Shown piece after piece: positions 50,775-64,000 of a stretch of 64,000 bases of DNA (its first letter is position 1; every line of letters starts with the position of its first letter). Position numbers and translations under genes: made by a program. Location of the stretch: positions 24,428,001-24,492,000 of the forward strand of contig NC_043009.1 of NCBI RefSeq assembly GCF_006345805.1. Direction: 5' to 3'. This DNA is from Octopus sinensis (Eukaryota). A model generated the notes under the pieces. It saw only the letters and a program-made list of their open reading frames with translations, was not told the DNA's origin and did no database searches.

Positions 50775-51975
50775 ACTTGAGGAGTTGGAAGGCAGCGAGC
50801 TGCCATAATCGTTACCACGCCGGGCAAAAGACTTACATGTATTTCGTCCGTCTTTACGTTCGTAGTTGAAATGCCATCGAGGTCGATTTTAACTTTCATC
50901 CTTTTCGGGGTCGATAAAATAAATGCCAGTTCTGGGTATCGATGTAATCGACTTTCCCTCATCTCCAAAAGTGCACGCCTTGTGCCAAAATTTGAAACCA
51001 ATAATATAATTATTACTTAAGAAAATGGAAGTCGGTGAGCTGTTACAATCGTTAATGTGTCCAACAAAATTATCAGTCATTTTTTCCAGCTTTACGTTCT
51101 ACGTTCACATTTCGCCGAGGCCGACTTTGCCTTTCATAGCTCCGGAATCAATACTCGTCCGTTTTGAGTTCAAATTTCACCGAGGTCGTCTTTGGCTTTC
51201 ATCCTTTCGGGGTTGATAAATTAAGTACCAGTCGGTGAAGTCTATGTAATCGACTAGTCCAATACAAATGACTAGTCCCGTGTGCCTATAATAGAAAGGA
51301 TTATTATTTCTAATTTGAGAAGCATCCAGCTGGCAGAATCGTTACTGGATCTGACAAATGCTTAGCGGCATTTTACCGATTTTACGTTCTGAGTTCAAAT
51401 GCCACCGGTTCAACTTTTGCATTTCACCTTTTCGGTTTGAACGGCAGTTTTTCTAGCGGTGTCATATAGAATTGTCACCCATAATTATGACCCTAGTATC
51501 GATCTATTGCATTTCAATCTGTTTTAGGGTTAGGGTTAGTTAGGGTTAGGGTTAGGGTTAGGTTTAGGGTTGGTTAGGGGTAGTGGAGGGTATCTTTTTT
51601 CTTCAGAAATGTAAATAAACCCAATCTGTTTCTTAAACGAGGGACATATTCATACGGCACAGAACGTTTTCACCTGAATAGACATCATTGATTGGTTGAA
51701 ATTGCAGAAATTGAAGAAAAAAAACAGCAAATATCATACAAACTATAGAATTTTCCCAATAAAGCCAAGAGAAAAAGATGTTTTATAAACACATTCTACC
51801 AGTATACGAAGTTTAAAATTTTTTAGTTACCTAGAAATTATGTTAAAAACTGCCGTTCAAACCGAAAAGATAAAACCGAGTTGATAAAAATAAGCAACAG
51901 TTGAACACTGCGGTAGATGTAATCGACCCCACCCTCTTACACTCTACTTGCTGACCTTGTGCCAAAATTTTAAAC
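50775..51975 (+). mobile_element. Cluster of SINE family B copies, the last interrupted by a MITE
   Basis: Family B heads at about 50778, 51028 and 51325; the last resumes after 51869 (gagttgataaaaataag...gatgtaatcgac). Confidence 0.75.
51428..51869. mobile_element. MITE with 25-bp TIRs and internal (TTAGGG)n
   Basis: cttttcggtttgaacggcagttttt versus aaaaactgccgttcaaaccgaaaag; TTAGGG-type array at 51524-51580. Confidence 0.85.
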
Positions 51976-52840
51976 CAATGTTATTCTATTTTGCTTTTAA
52001 CAGCATATTTCACTACTGCATACTCAGCTGTATTGTACTCAAAACTACTGAAGACGCAATGTTACTGAACATCGACTAAACTGTCTGACGCGCAACACAA
52101 CGGATACTTCGACAGAATGAAATATATAAATATATAGATATATATGAACACTTCACAATCACAAAACTATCAATATTTTCATCTCTAGCCCTTCCATAAA
52201 ATTCTTTACAACAGCATCAACAGCTAAATCGTTGTGAATTATTGGAATATTGAAAAAATAAATAAATGAAAGATCTAAACTTCATCAACACACAGCAGAA
52301 AATATTGGGAAGTTAAAAGAATCACTGCCACAGTGAACAGCAGCCCTACACATTTACGCAATTCCATCGCCGGTCGAATGTGCTGCACTAAATGATCACA
52401 CAAGGCTGTGGTAGATGTTTGACTCAGTCTTTCTCTACCCTAACAATTTATAAATTTCCAGGAATGGAGACTTCGAGTGTAAATATTAATAATAATTTCA
52501 GTTTACAAAGAAATAAAATAAATAAATGAACAAAGTGTATAAAATGAGAAGTGTTTGATTTAACAAAAGAATGGGATTGGTCAGTTGGAATAGTTATCAA
52601 TTATTTCTTGTATGGCTAAGCTACAGGAACAGAGAGAAAACACAAAGACACGTGATTCGAAATCGTGTGTGGGTTAGAGATAACGTTTTTTTCCCTTACT
52701 CCACACTAACGAATAAAATAATGATTATACACACACACACACACACACACACCACACCACACACACATACACACACATACACACACACATACACACGCAC
52801 ACACACGCATATATATATATATATATATATAGGAGTGGCT

Positions 52841-53250
52841 AGGCGCAGAAGTGGCTGTGTGGTGAGTAGCTTGCAAACCAACCACATGGTTGCGGGTTCA
52901 GTCCCACTGCGTGGCATCTTGGGCAAGTGTCTTCTGCTATAGCGCCGGGCCGACCAATGCCTTGTGATTGGATTTGGTAGACGGAAACTGAAAGAAGCCT
53001 GTCGCATATATATATATATATGTATTATGTGTAAGTTTGTGTGTCTGTGTTTGTCCCCCTAGCATCGCTTGACAACCGATGCTGGTGTGTTTACGTCCCC
53101 GTAACTTAGCGGTTCGGCAAAAGAGACCGATATAATAAGTACTGGGCTTACAAAGAATAAGTCCCTGGGTCGATTTGCTCGACTAAAGGCGGTGCTCCAG
53201 CATGGCCGCAGTCAAATGACTGAAACAAGTAAAAGAGTAAGAGTAAAAGA
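52841..53250 (+). mobile_element. SINE family A, full length
   Basis: aggcgcagaagtggctgtgtgg through tgactgaaacaagtaaaagagtaa. Confidence 0.9.
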
Positions 53251-53256
53251 GATATA

Positions 53257-53496
53257 TACACGGGGTGGCCGAAAAGTAGGTTCACAGTTATTCAACTATC
53301 TCTTTCGCATTCCTATATTAACAGTATAGATCTTAGTTAGACAAAATATATGAAACCATTATTCTATGCTAATTTAGCTAATTTTTTCAAGCTCATCTTT
53401 CAATTTGTAAGATAGATGTTTAAATGTAATAAAATGCTTTAAAAGAAATTTAAAGTACCTATGTGATAACTGTAAGCCTACTTTTGGGCCACCCTG

Positions 53497-53498
<2 letters not shown>
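53257..53498. mobile_element. Tc1/mariner-type MITE
   Basis: TIRs ggtggccgaaaagtaggttcacagttat and ataactgtaagcctacttttgggccaccctgta, with TA flanks. Confidence 0.8.
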
Positions 53499-53529
<31 letters not shown>

Positions 53530-53672
53530 TGTGTGTGTGTGTGTGTGTGTGCATGTATATATGTAGATAGATGGATAGAGATCGATATGGATCAAAGCTG
53601 TTTGATTCAAAATTCTTGGTACTCCGAGTTTCAAAGCGTAATGTTTATATATATATATATTTTCTTTATCAC

Positions 53673-53728
<56 letters not shown>

Positions 53729-55194
53729 TATTAGTATTATTATTATTATTATATAACATACACAGGGGATAAATGTGAACTACTATAACTTGCATGCTTT
53801 TGGCAACACAGTTGTTGGACATGCTTGTGTAGCGTACCGTGTATTATTGGGCAACCATTCAGGCTCGAAATACCCAATTGTACACTTCTCACCATACAAG
53901 CTCGTCCGACAATGCTACTATCGGAAACATGAAACTCGTAATAGCTAGCATTTCAATCCTGTATATATTAAATGATATTTGTCTCTCGCAGGATAGAATA
54001 CGTTTTTCTTTCTCCTGATCCCATCAATATGTAAAGGGCTTCGATTATATATACATAGCGGGTAGGATGGAGATGTTGTAAAGCTACAACTTTTTCTTTT
54101 ATTTTATTTTCTTCTCTTTTTTTCGTCGGAAAAAGTTTGGAGCTGGCAACTTCGAAAGCTAAATAATATTAGTTTGTATGGAAATGACAAATACACATAG
54201 AAAATGCTATCTTATCAACTCTTAATAATGACGTTAGCGTTGATATTTCTTTACAGTTCAAATATTGTTCTCTAGAAAATGTCGAATCGCTTTAGATGAA
54301 AAACGAGAGAAAACGAAAACAAAGGAAGATTTCAACACTCGGCTTTCGACTTATTGCTTTCTTCTACTTTAGAATATTCTAAATGTAGATTGAATTGATA
54401 TTTCCATTTCCTTGGACTTATGCAAATATGAGCGTAAACGTTTATTATCACTTTCTCCCTTGTTTTCTTCCTTTTCTGTTCTTCTCTCCTTTTCTATCTC
54501 TCTCTTTCTCTCTCTTTCTTGCTCTCTGTGTGTGTCTCTCCCCTTCCTCCCAATCGTTTCCACTACAAAAGCTCTGGCGATAACAATAATCTTTATTCTC
54601 TCCTGAAGCAAGCTGGACACGACATAGTGAAATATCTGCTGGACAATGTTTCATTTTATACAATATTCTGCACGCAACGGCAGACATATTGGGTATTATT
54701 TATCGAGATGTAGAAGAAGTAGAAGAAGAAAAAAGAAAAAAAGAACCAGAAAGTGAAAAGACAAAAAAATAAAGAAATAAAAGAAAATTAAAAGAAGACA
54801 AAGGAGAAGAAAAAAGGGAAAAGTAGGCGAAGAGGAAAAGAAAAGGAGGGAAAAATAAGTGGGAGATGAAGGAATAAATGGTAATGTAAAAGTGACAGAG
54901 GGAAAGAAATGAAGAAAGACAACATGGAGGGAAAAGGCAAAAGAAATCTGTGATACAAGCCCAGTAATTTTATTGGAAGACTGTCTAATCATAGCAACTT
55001 TTTAATGAAATCCTCTTTCATATTGTCATACATTATTACACTGCTACATGTTTTGGTCATTTTCGCCAACTACAATATGGCTCATACTTCAAGTACTTAT
55101 TTCTGATTGTTTCTTAGTATGTTTTATATATATATTTATATTTTTTCTGTTTGCTGCTATTTTCTTTTCCTTCTTTTTGGTTTCCACGTAGCAC

Positions 55195-55229
55195 TATCAT
55201 CATCATCATCGCCAACGTCATCATCATCA

Positions 55230-55320
<91 letters not shown>

Positions 55321-55335
55321 TATTATCATTATTAT
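55195..55335 (+). repeat. (CAT)n(TAT)n tract
   Basis: Directly visible. Confidence 0.95.
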
Positions 55336-56670
55336 TACATTCCTACCCCTTATCTACTACTCATCAAGTGAATGGATTTCGTGATCATAGCGGTCAGAAT
55401 ATAGATAAAAGACAGAGCCGAATTCCTTCGTCCCCCCGACCTGCACTCTGGAAGAGGAAAAAAGAGGGAAAGAAAAAAAAAAAAGAAATGAGAAAAAAAA
55501 TATATACATATAAAAGCAAAAAAAAAATAATACAACGATTGCCGATTGGAGAATAACGCATTGAAAGTATTGTAGTAAATAAAATATACATCTATCGCCT
55601 GGTCATCACCGATATCTTTATTTAAAAGGTTTTCTTACACACGCATACAGACCAATAATGTTAAGAAGAAAGAAAAGAAATGGATAGTTATATCGTTCAT
55701 ACGGTTTCATGGAATGGTGGCGATCTCGGTGGAGGGGATGTGGAGCGGTTTAATACATGAAATGAATGCAAATCTACGGACACAGCCAAAGAATTTTCGC
55801 CATGATTAAAAGTTTAGGTCGCCTTACTTCTTCTAATGTACACTCTCATTTATTTTCACCGTCACTACAACTTCCTCTCCTCCACTGAACTCCTCATTGG
55901 TGCACCACCTCCAATTATCCACCTCCACCCTAGCCATATTTCTTTCTAATCTACACTCTATGCTATTACCACCGCTATATCTACAGTGATTTCCTCTTCT
56001 CTACTGAGCTACGTAACAGCATAGTCACTTCCACTTATCCACACGGCCTTACTTTTTCTAATATACATTACGTTCCATTTCAGCCACCTCCAGAATAGCT
56101 TCTCCTCTGAAATACAAAGCGACATGCCACATCCGCGTATACCCACGTAAATCAGTCTGCTTCCGGGTCTGTTTTCTTTTTACATCATACACATGATATA
56201 TCACCCCCTCAGCATAAACACCCACTCCATATGATTCAAATTTCTTAAATCATATCTTCTAATAACACATTTCCCTAAATCAGCTCACTGGTAATTTATA
56301 CTTTCACCTGATAATGTAAGGCGATCGATACGAATATGAACTACAGTATATTCCGTTATACAAGTCGACTTAGTATTTAATGTAAACAGGTAGTGTAAAT
56401 GTTCAAACATCGTCACTATCTTTCCAAATTCGTGTGCATTTCCCATGGAGTTTTTGATTCTCCAAAGTTGACTCGGCACATAGCTTGACATACCATTTTT
56501 GATTGCAAATATTGGTAGGACAATTTCGACCCGTGTGCCGGATAATATGGTACATAAATCTGTCTCGGAGCACGTTAGAAGATAACGGTTCCAGTCACTC
56601 CCTATTTTTAGCTAAAACCATTTAAAGAAGTCTAACTTCTTGAAATATGAACATTTCTGCAATATATCAT

Positions 56671-57035
56671 AGGCGCAGGAGTGGCTGTGTGGTAAGTAGC
56701 TTGTTTACCAACCACATGGTTCCGGGTTCAGTCCCACTGCGTGGCACCTTGGGAAAGTGTCTTCTACTATAGCCTCGGGCCGACCAAAGCCTTGTGAGTG
56801 GATTTGGTAGATGGAAACTGAAAGAAGCCCGTCGTATATACGTATATATATATATGTGTGTGTGTCCGATGCTGGTGTGTTTATGTCCCTGTCACTTAGC
56901 AGTTCGGCAAAAGAGACCAATAGAATAAGTACTGGGCTTACAAAGAATAAGTCCCGGGGTCGAGTTGCTCGATTAAAGGCGGTGCTCCAGCATGGCCGCA
57001 GTCAAATGACTGAAACAAGTAAAAGATATAAAAGA
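56671..57035 (+). mobile_element. SINE family A, short internal deletion
   Basis: aggcgcaggagtggctgtgtggtaag...cagtcaaatgactgaaacaag. Confidence 0.9.
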
Positions 57036-57343
57036 AAGAAAAAGATAGAATGACTCTGTTTCAATTGCCGTGTCTGTTCTATCTGACCGTGCCTAGAATC
57101 ATAGAGATATATTCTCTTGAATGTCATCAAATGGAAGTGTGTGGGAAGTGACATCGTCCGAAAGGACCCCAGCAATTAGCACATTACTGTGTAATTAGGA
57201 AACGTGCTTGCTAACCACATCGTTTCGATTTCAGTCCCACTGCGTCACATCTTCGTCAAGAGTCTTCTACTACAGCTGGTAGACAACCTAAGCCTGAAGA
57301 GTAGATGAGATAGTCGGAAAGGGAAAGAAGCTTGTCCGACATT

Positions 57344-57395
<52 letters not shown>

Positions 57396-57627
57396 CACAT
57401 ACACATACACACACAATATATATATATATTATAGTATATTATATTAGAGGAAAATCAAAACCAAGGCAGAGCGAGTAAATCAAGTCATTCATTTAGAATA
57501 ATTTAATTAACACGCATCCCTTGATCCAGCTTTAGCTGTGATCTTGGAATCTAATGGTCGAACAACGACAGCACTTACCCAGCATACCTATTCGTTACAT
57601 CACAAGTGAAATAACTCTCTAATATTT

Positions 57628-57718
<91 letters not shown>

Positions 57719-58062
57719 TTTAATTATATAGAGAGGGCATTATTATACATACATGCCACACGCTAAGAGGGACAAAATTAGTCATTTCTACCAAAAATTT
57801 TACTAATCCAACCGAATGCAATTTTTCAAAGTAAGACATTTAAAAAATATGGACTTGTATCACCTGTGATTTCATACCTCTGTATTCATCAGCAAGTCTG
57901 GACGTATCATAAATAAACGACCCTACATCGTCAAAGCCGGGCAGCCAACTGACCAACATCAACGACGCACATGGGTTAGTTTACATATATTACATCCGGT
58001 AAATGGCAGACTTTTACGAATTGCATTTCGGGAAAGGATGGTATATATATATTTCGGGAAAG

Positions 58063-58141
<79 letters not shown>

Positions 58142-58394
58142 TAATTTGAATTACCATAAAAGTAAACAAGCAACTTTTGCTTTAGAACAGGATAAAACAG
58201 TTTGCTGAAAAATGTGTCAGCGGCCTTGAGAGACTTTTCTGTAAAATATGGGTAGTTTATCCTGTTCATGGTGTATTATTAGCATTATCCTGCGTTTATT
58301 TCCTTATATATATGTGTGTGTGAGTGTGTGTGTGTATGTGTGTGTCTGTGTGTGCGTGTATGTGTGTTTGTGTGTGTGTATGTATGTATGTTGT

Positions 58395-58732
58395 GAAGGT
58401 GCATGGCTCAGTGGTTAGAGCGTCGAGCTCACGATCGTGAGGTTGTGAGTCCGATTCCCGGACCGGGCTGCGTGCTGTGTTCTTGAGCAAGACACTTTAT
58501 TTCACGTTGCTCCAGTTCACTCAACTGTAGAAATGAGTTGCGACGTCACTGGTGCCAAGCTGTATCGGCCCCTTCTCTTTCCCTTCGATAACATCAGCGG
58601 TGTGGAGAGGGAAGGCTGGTGTGCATGGGTGACTGTTGGCCTTCCATGAACAAATTTGCCTGGACTTGGGCTTCGGAGGGTAACTTTCTAGGTGCAATCC
58701 CATGGTCCTTCATGATCGAACGGAGTCTCCTC
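58395..58732 (+). mobile_element. tRNA-derived SINE with a CORE-like central domain
   Basis: A box tggctcagtgg, B-box-like gagtccgattccc, then tgtgttcttgagcaagacactttatttcacgttgctccagttcactcaactgtagaaatgag. Confidence 0.75.
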
Positions 58733-59647
58733 CCCATATGTATGCATGTATGTATGCATGTACGTAGGTATGTACGTATTCCTGTATTTATGTTTATGTG
58801 CATTTATGTACATTTATGTTTCTGTGCATGTGTGTGTTTTGGGCTGGTTGGTTGGGTATCTGTTTGTGCTAGACAACCGGTGTTTCAGTATTTACATTCC
58901 CTGAAACTTAAGGGATAAAAGAATATTGCCTTTCAGAAGAGCCACAAATGACTTGCAAATCGTTTTTCTTTTCTTCTCATGAAATGTAATAATCTTTGCT
59001 GCAAACTAGAAAACTGAATGACACTCACTATAGACTAAAGAAATCGGCAGCCAATTCTTCTTAGAGTTGGCAAAACACTTTCTCTTCCAATAATTTTTTT
59101 CCTGAAAGAAGCCGTTTTCGAAAAACATTATATTGTTCACTCTCTATGGCATGTCCACTAAACCATTTTTATCGATTTAATGAAATAATAAAAGTTTCGT
59201 CAACGGAGACTAATACCATCCTGTTTGCATTTTTTTTTATCTCATACGTATATATATGATATATAAATAAATGAAGCATAAGGGAAGGAACCATTGTAGG
59301 TGTAGCCGATCTTTAGTTCATAATCCAGTTTGGTACAGAACCAATATACATTATGTACCAACCTGGATTATGAATTAAAAATCGTCTACACCTACACTGT
59401 ATCCTTCCCTTATATTCACATGGTGTGTGTGTATGTGTGTGTGTGTGTATGTGTGTGTGTGTGTATGTGTGTGTGTGTGTATGTGTGTGTGTGTGAGCAT
59501 ATATATACGTTTATGAATATGTGTTGCAAGATTCTTGATGAGAAGTCGGGTGTTGAAACAGATATTCTTGTATTTCGGGATGGATATTTTTTTTCTGTGC
59601 CAAACAATCACACACTATATATTCGTTATTCACTCGTTTACTACTGT

Positions 59648-59720
59648 TCTTATTCTAACTAATGTCCATTGTCCGAAGTGACGAAATACTTATGGAAAAT
59701 GGACATGAGTCAGAATAAGA
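59648..59720. repeat. Small hairpin element with 23-bp inverted ends
   Basis: tcttattctaactaatgtccatt versus aatggacatgagtcagaataaga (21 of 23 complementary). Confidence 0.6.
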
Positions 59721-59840
59721 ACGGTAATAAACGAACAGTAATAAAATATCGAATATATATGTGCGTGTGTTTATTTGACAAAAATTTAAAAAATGGCCGT
59801 CTCGAAATACAACATAAATGTGTGTGTGTGTATATATATA

Positions 59841-60234
59841 CTCTTTTACTTGTTTCAGTCATTTGACTGCGGCCATGCTGGAGCACCGCCTTTAGTCGAG
59901 CAACTCGACTCCGGGACTTATTCTTTGTAAGCCCAGTACTTATTCTATCGGTCTCTTTTGCCGAACCGCTAAGTGACGGGGACGTAAACACACCAGCATC
60001 AGTTGTCAAGCAATGCTAGGGGGACAAACACAGACACACAAACATACACACAAATACATATATATATATATACATATATGCGACAGGCTTCTTTCAGTTT
60101 CCGTCTACCAAATCCACTCACAAGGCATTGGTCGGCCCGGGGCTATGGCAGAAGACACTTGCCCAAGATGCCACGCAGTGGGACTGAACCCGGAACCATG
60201 TGGTTGGTTAGCAAGCTACTTACCACACAGCCAC
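59841..60234 (-). mobile_element. SINE family A, full length
   Basis: Complete reverse complement. Confidence 0.9.
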
Positions 60235-61020
60235 ATATGTATGTATGTATTTCAAGATTTCTTGCCAATAGAGAACGAACTGGTTTCTAACCAAGGCTCT
60301 GTCATTATAATTTTAACATCAAGAACAGGGTTTTTTTGTATGTATGTGTGTATGTGCGACGATACTTGCGAATATGTCATTTTCTAATGTTTCAATGGAG
60401 ATAGAAACTCTTAGGAAAGTAAGCAACATATGGAAATAAAAGGAAAAAATATTGTGTACTCTCTATGGCTGAAACATCTTTGATAACATATCTGGTCGAT
60501 CAGGAATGAGCTGGAAGCAACCAATGATAATTATTTCCGCATCGCAAGCGGAACCACACTGGGCAGGACAATAACAACAAACGTAACAAAAGAAGCAATA
60601 ACTACAACAACACTGGGGAAGGAAAACAATAGCAACAGCAGCAGCGACCACACCGACAGCAACAGCGGTGATGAGTGATGAAAGGAAATATTGCAGCGAT
60701 AACAGCAACAAGAACGACGACAGACGATGTCGAGAATAAAATCTTGAATGACAAAAATGAATGCAAGGTCAACGACATCAACGACAATAACAACAATAAA
60801 TAATCTGGGCTTTTGTTGATTATCCAAATGGTCCGATGCTTCCTGTTTCTCTCTATATAAAGGTGTGATTTGAGGGCGATTTAGCTATTATATTTTAGGA
60901 ACTAGAATTTTAAAAGTAACTACTTATCTACATATCTATAAATAGGGATCTCTCTCTCGATCTCTCTCTCGATCTCTCTCTCTCTCTCACTCTCGATCGC
61001 TCTCTTTCTCTATCTGTCTG

Positions 61021-61117
<97 letters not shown>

Positions 61118-61256
61118 GCAGACAGATAGATAGACAGATAGACAGACAGATATATATATAGATAGGTAGATAGACAGACAGACAGATTGATGGATAGATG
61201 GTTTGTTAGATAGATAGACAGACACACAGACAAACAGGCAGACATATAGATAGATA

Positions 61257-64000
61257 TGTTTCTTTATTAGCCACATAGGGATGCACAAAGACGGGACAAA
61301 TTACAAGGTAGAGCTTTTCTTTTAGGGATAAAAAAGGGGGTTTGGTTTTCAATCAAAAGGTATCGTAAAAAGAAAGGAGGAAAGCAAAAAAAAGGGAGGG
61401 GAATAAAATAAAAGGAGAAAGAAAAAATCGATCAATAGGGATCGTTATCACAGAAATGTTAATATAAAGTGTAAAGCGGAGGACAGGTGAGGTTTACCCG
61501 TGGAAAGAAAAGCCTACAGAAAAGACCACGCAAACCTCGGTCAATAAAGTCACATGTTATATTTTTTTACAAAAAAGCAATTCTCTGTATTAATTTTTAC
61601 GGTTCATAGGATCATAGTCAAGGTGGCTTCGTCATTCATACGTGCCATCCTTGCTACATTCACCCATCAATTTTTTAAAGCATCCGCTAGACAAAACTTG
61701 CCTCTCTACTCTCACTTTCCTTTTCAAGTGATACTTGAAGAAGTTGATGACAGATTGACCAGAGAGGAAAGTGTTTGTCTCTAATCCTTTCAGGCGCGTC
61801 CACCAGATACATTCTTTCGCCATAGCCACAAGTATGATAAAAATAGCTCTTCCTTCCCGTTTGAAAGAAGGAGGCGTGACGATGTTAACGATAGACTCGG
61901 CTGATAAACCGACGTCCCACACGTGACAGCAGTTGTTCGACATAAGACCACAGGTCGGAGACTATTGGGCACTACGTGCAGAACGGTTTCGTCGCCCTGC
62001 CTGCATCTCGGGCAAGTCGGCCCCGTGTTTCTCGAGCAATGCCTATATAGCTTAAACCGAACGGGTAGCGCTTCTCGGTAGCACTGCCAGGCCAAGGATC
62101 TCTGGAAGTTGTCCATAAGTCCAGGCCCGAACATCGTCTCAAACAGGTGGGTCAGGTATTCCTCGTCGGCGCCCGGGTTTGCCCCGAGATCGTCGTCATA
62201 CCTCCCCTCCATTAATCCCCCTTAGAATGCTTGGGTTGTGTTGAAGTCACTCAAGGTCGACCCGGGACGGCATAGTTGCTTGAGAGCAACGCGATACTCG
62301 CGGTGCCATTCGTCCTTCCTCGGCCTCTTTTTGATCCATGACTGCAGTTCTGTCAAGGAGACGAGCTGCGGGAACGCGTGCCTCACAAACGGCGACCACA
62401 CCAGTTCACCGTCGTCTACATAGAGCCGGAGATGTCGCAGTCTCAGCGCGTGTCTGCGCATCATCAACCATGGCATGCCCAGCCCTCCTTTTAACAGGTG
62501 TTGACAGCAAATGGATCGCCTGACCATCGGGACGCATCCTTTCCACAAGAAGCGGAAGAGAATGCGTTCTAGTTTGGTCGGGACAAGTTACGACGGTCAG
62601 GCGGTAGTAGATGATGGACGCGATGTACGTGTTCGCCACCTCCGCCCGACCTTTTAGGGACAGTTTCCTCTCGGCCCATTGCCGGGCGAGAGTGATCACC
62701 CTACTCGTTATCTCGTTCCAGTTCTTCTCCATTTGGAGGTCCGGACCGAACCAGACCCCGAGCAACTCAACCGGGCTGTCCATCCAGCGTCCCACGACAG
62801 AGGTGCTGGTGGACGGCATGGGCTTGCTTCTCCAGGTGCCTAGTCGCAAGTCCACTGACTTTTCTCGGTTGATTTTCTCTCCTGTCACCGCTTCGTAGTC
62901 TTTCAGTGTCTGGCCGACCAACTCGATGTGCTCGTGGCTAGACACTATGACGGTGACGTCGTCCGCGTATGCAGACACACTCGTCCTGTATCCCAATTCT
63001 CGCGGGATGCCCCTCAGAGTCGCCAGCTTCCGCAGTAGTGGCTCGAGAGTCAATACGTATAGAAGCGACGAGAGGGGGCATCCCTGACGGACCGAACGTG
63101 CAATGTCGAAAGGTCTCGATAGATGTCCATTTACGCGAATTACCGAACGGATACCTCTGTACAAGGCAGCTATCCAGCCGCAGAAGACGGGACCGAAACC
63201 AGCCGCTCTCAGGACTGCCTACCCTATCGAAAATTTCGATTGATCCAAATTGATCAGGGCCCCACCCATGCCAGGTTCCTACCCTGTCTATGATGCAGCG
63301 CATCAGATGGAGGTTGCCATGGATACTCCGGCCCGGCATGGCGCACGTTTGCGCCTTGTCGACCAGTTTCTCGATGACAAGCACCAACCTCTTGGCTAAC
63401 ACCTTGGTCAAAATTTTCAGATCTGCATTGAGCAGGGTGATTGGCCTAAAGTTATCTATAATGTCCCCCTTGTTTGGATCTTTCTTCAGCAGCGTTACGG
63501 ATCCTCGACTCACAAAACCGGATATACTCCCGTTTTGCTGCCAGTTGTAGTATACCGCTGCCAAGACGTCTCCAAACAAGTCTGGCATACAATTGTAAAA
63601 CTCGTAGGGCAGACCATCCAAACCCGACGATTTGTCTCTCGAGCATTCTGCCATTGCGTCCCGCACATCCACCGCCGTGATGGCACCTTCGCAGCACTGT
63701 GCCTCTCTTGCCGAGAGTTGTGGCAGGCTGTGCAGGTAGGCACTGAAGTCCACCCTGCGTTCACGCTCGCCATTCATCCCGTACAGTCGGGAAAAGTGCC
63801 GCTGAAATGCCTAGCACATCTTGCTGGGATCGAGCAATTCGCGTCCTTGTTCGTCTACCAGATACCGAATGGTGGCTTTGTTGCCCTGCTGCGCCTCCGC
63901 CATCCGGGCCTCTCTCGCGGCTCCAACACCTTCCATCCTTAGAGCACGCATCCTAGCCCTGACAGCACACTCTTCGTGTTTGGCGTTGAAGTGTTGGTCG
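61257..64000 (-). mobile_element. Tx1/L1-like LINE, copy 3 (RT, zinc finger and 3' UTR; frameshifted; runs off the window)
   Basis: NFRPITLLNADLKILTKVLAKRL, SVRQGCPLSSLLYVL, SAYADDVTV, ELLGVWFG and CPRC motifs spread over at least 5 overlapping ORFs. The 3' end is AATAAAGAAACA then (TATC)n. Confidence 0.93.

Noticed and set aside
57880-58035. Hammerhead halves in reversed order on the minus strand
   Set aside because: Stem II cannot close; it is probably a junction of partial pLTR copies.
60490-60690. Thr/Ser/Asn-rich plus-strand frame
   Set aside because: Low-complexity CAA/CAG tract preceded by stops, with a poor acceptor.
1057-61288. Dozens of YI/CV/HT/YLSI/poly-X ORFs in the ORF track
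   Set aside because: They are translations of (TA)n, (TG)n, (GATA)n and trinucleotide tracts, with no domain signal.
1-64000. CRISPR array or prokaryotic operon-like system
   Set aside because: There are no regularly spaced repeat-spacer units and no dense ORFs; the composition is eukaryotic repeat DNA.

Overview
Repeat-saturated, AT-rich eukaryotic DNA that looks like octopus (coleoid cephalopod) intronic or intergenic sequence. That assignment is an inference from the SINE families and microsatellite content. I cannot support any host protein-coding exon, true tRNA/rRNA gene or CRISPR array; almost all listed ORFs are translated microsatellites. The only protein-coding sequence is decayed transposon ORF: three Tx1/L1-like LINE copies (one with an RT domain), one RTE LINE with an RT domain, a CR1/L2-type C-terminus and mariner transposase scraps. 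The rest is several SINE families, MITEs, Helitron-type elements, microsatellites and one 100-N gap. Main points for follow-up: (1) about 13 minimal type-I hammerhead ribozyme motifs (plus 2 degenerate ones) in about 8 sequence contexts, mostly in Penelope-like fragments beside (TA)n, several in fold-back palindromes, with one U3-A8 compensated core and one family-level U6 core; (2) a Tx1-like LINE whose every visible junction lies in (GATA)n; (3) an RTE 3' end carrying a misplaced pre-RT linker segment flanked by a 5-bp repeat, whose tail is shared with a tRNA-derived SINE; (4) a MITE carrying (TTAGGG)n. All calls were made by eye with no database search, and boundaries are approximate unless exact motifs are quoted.
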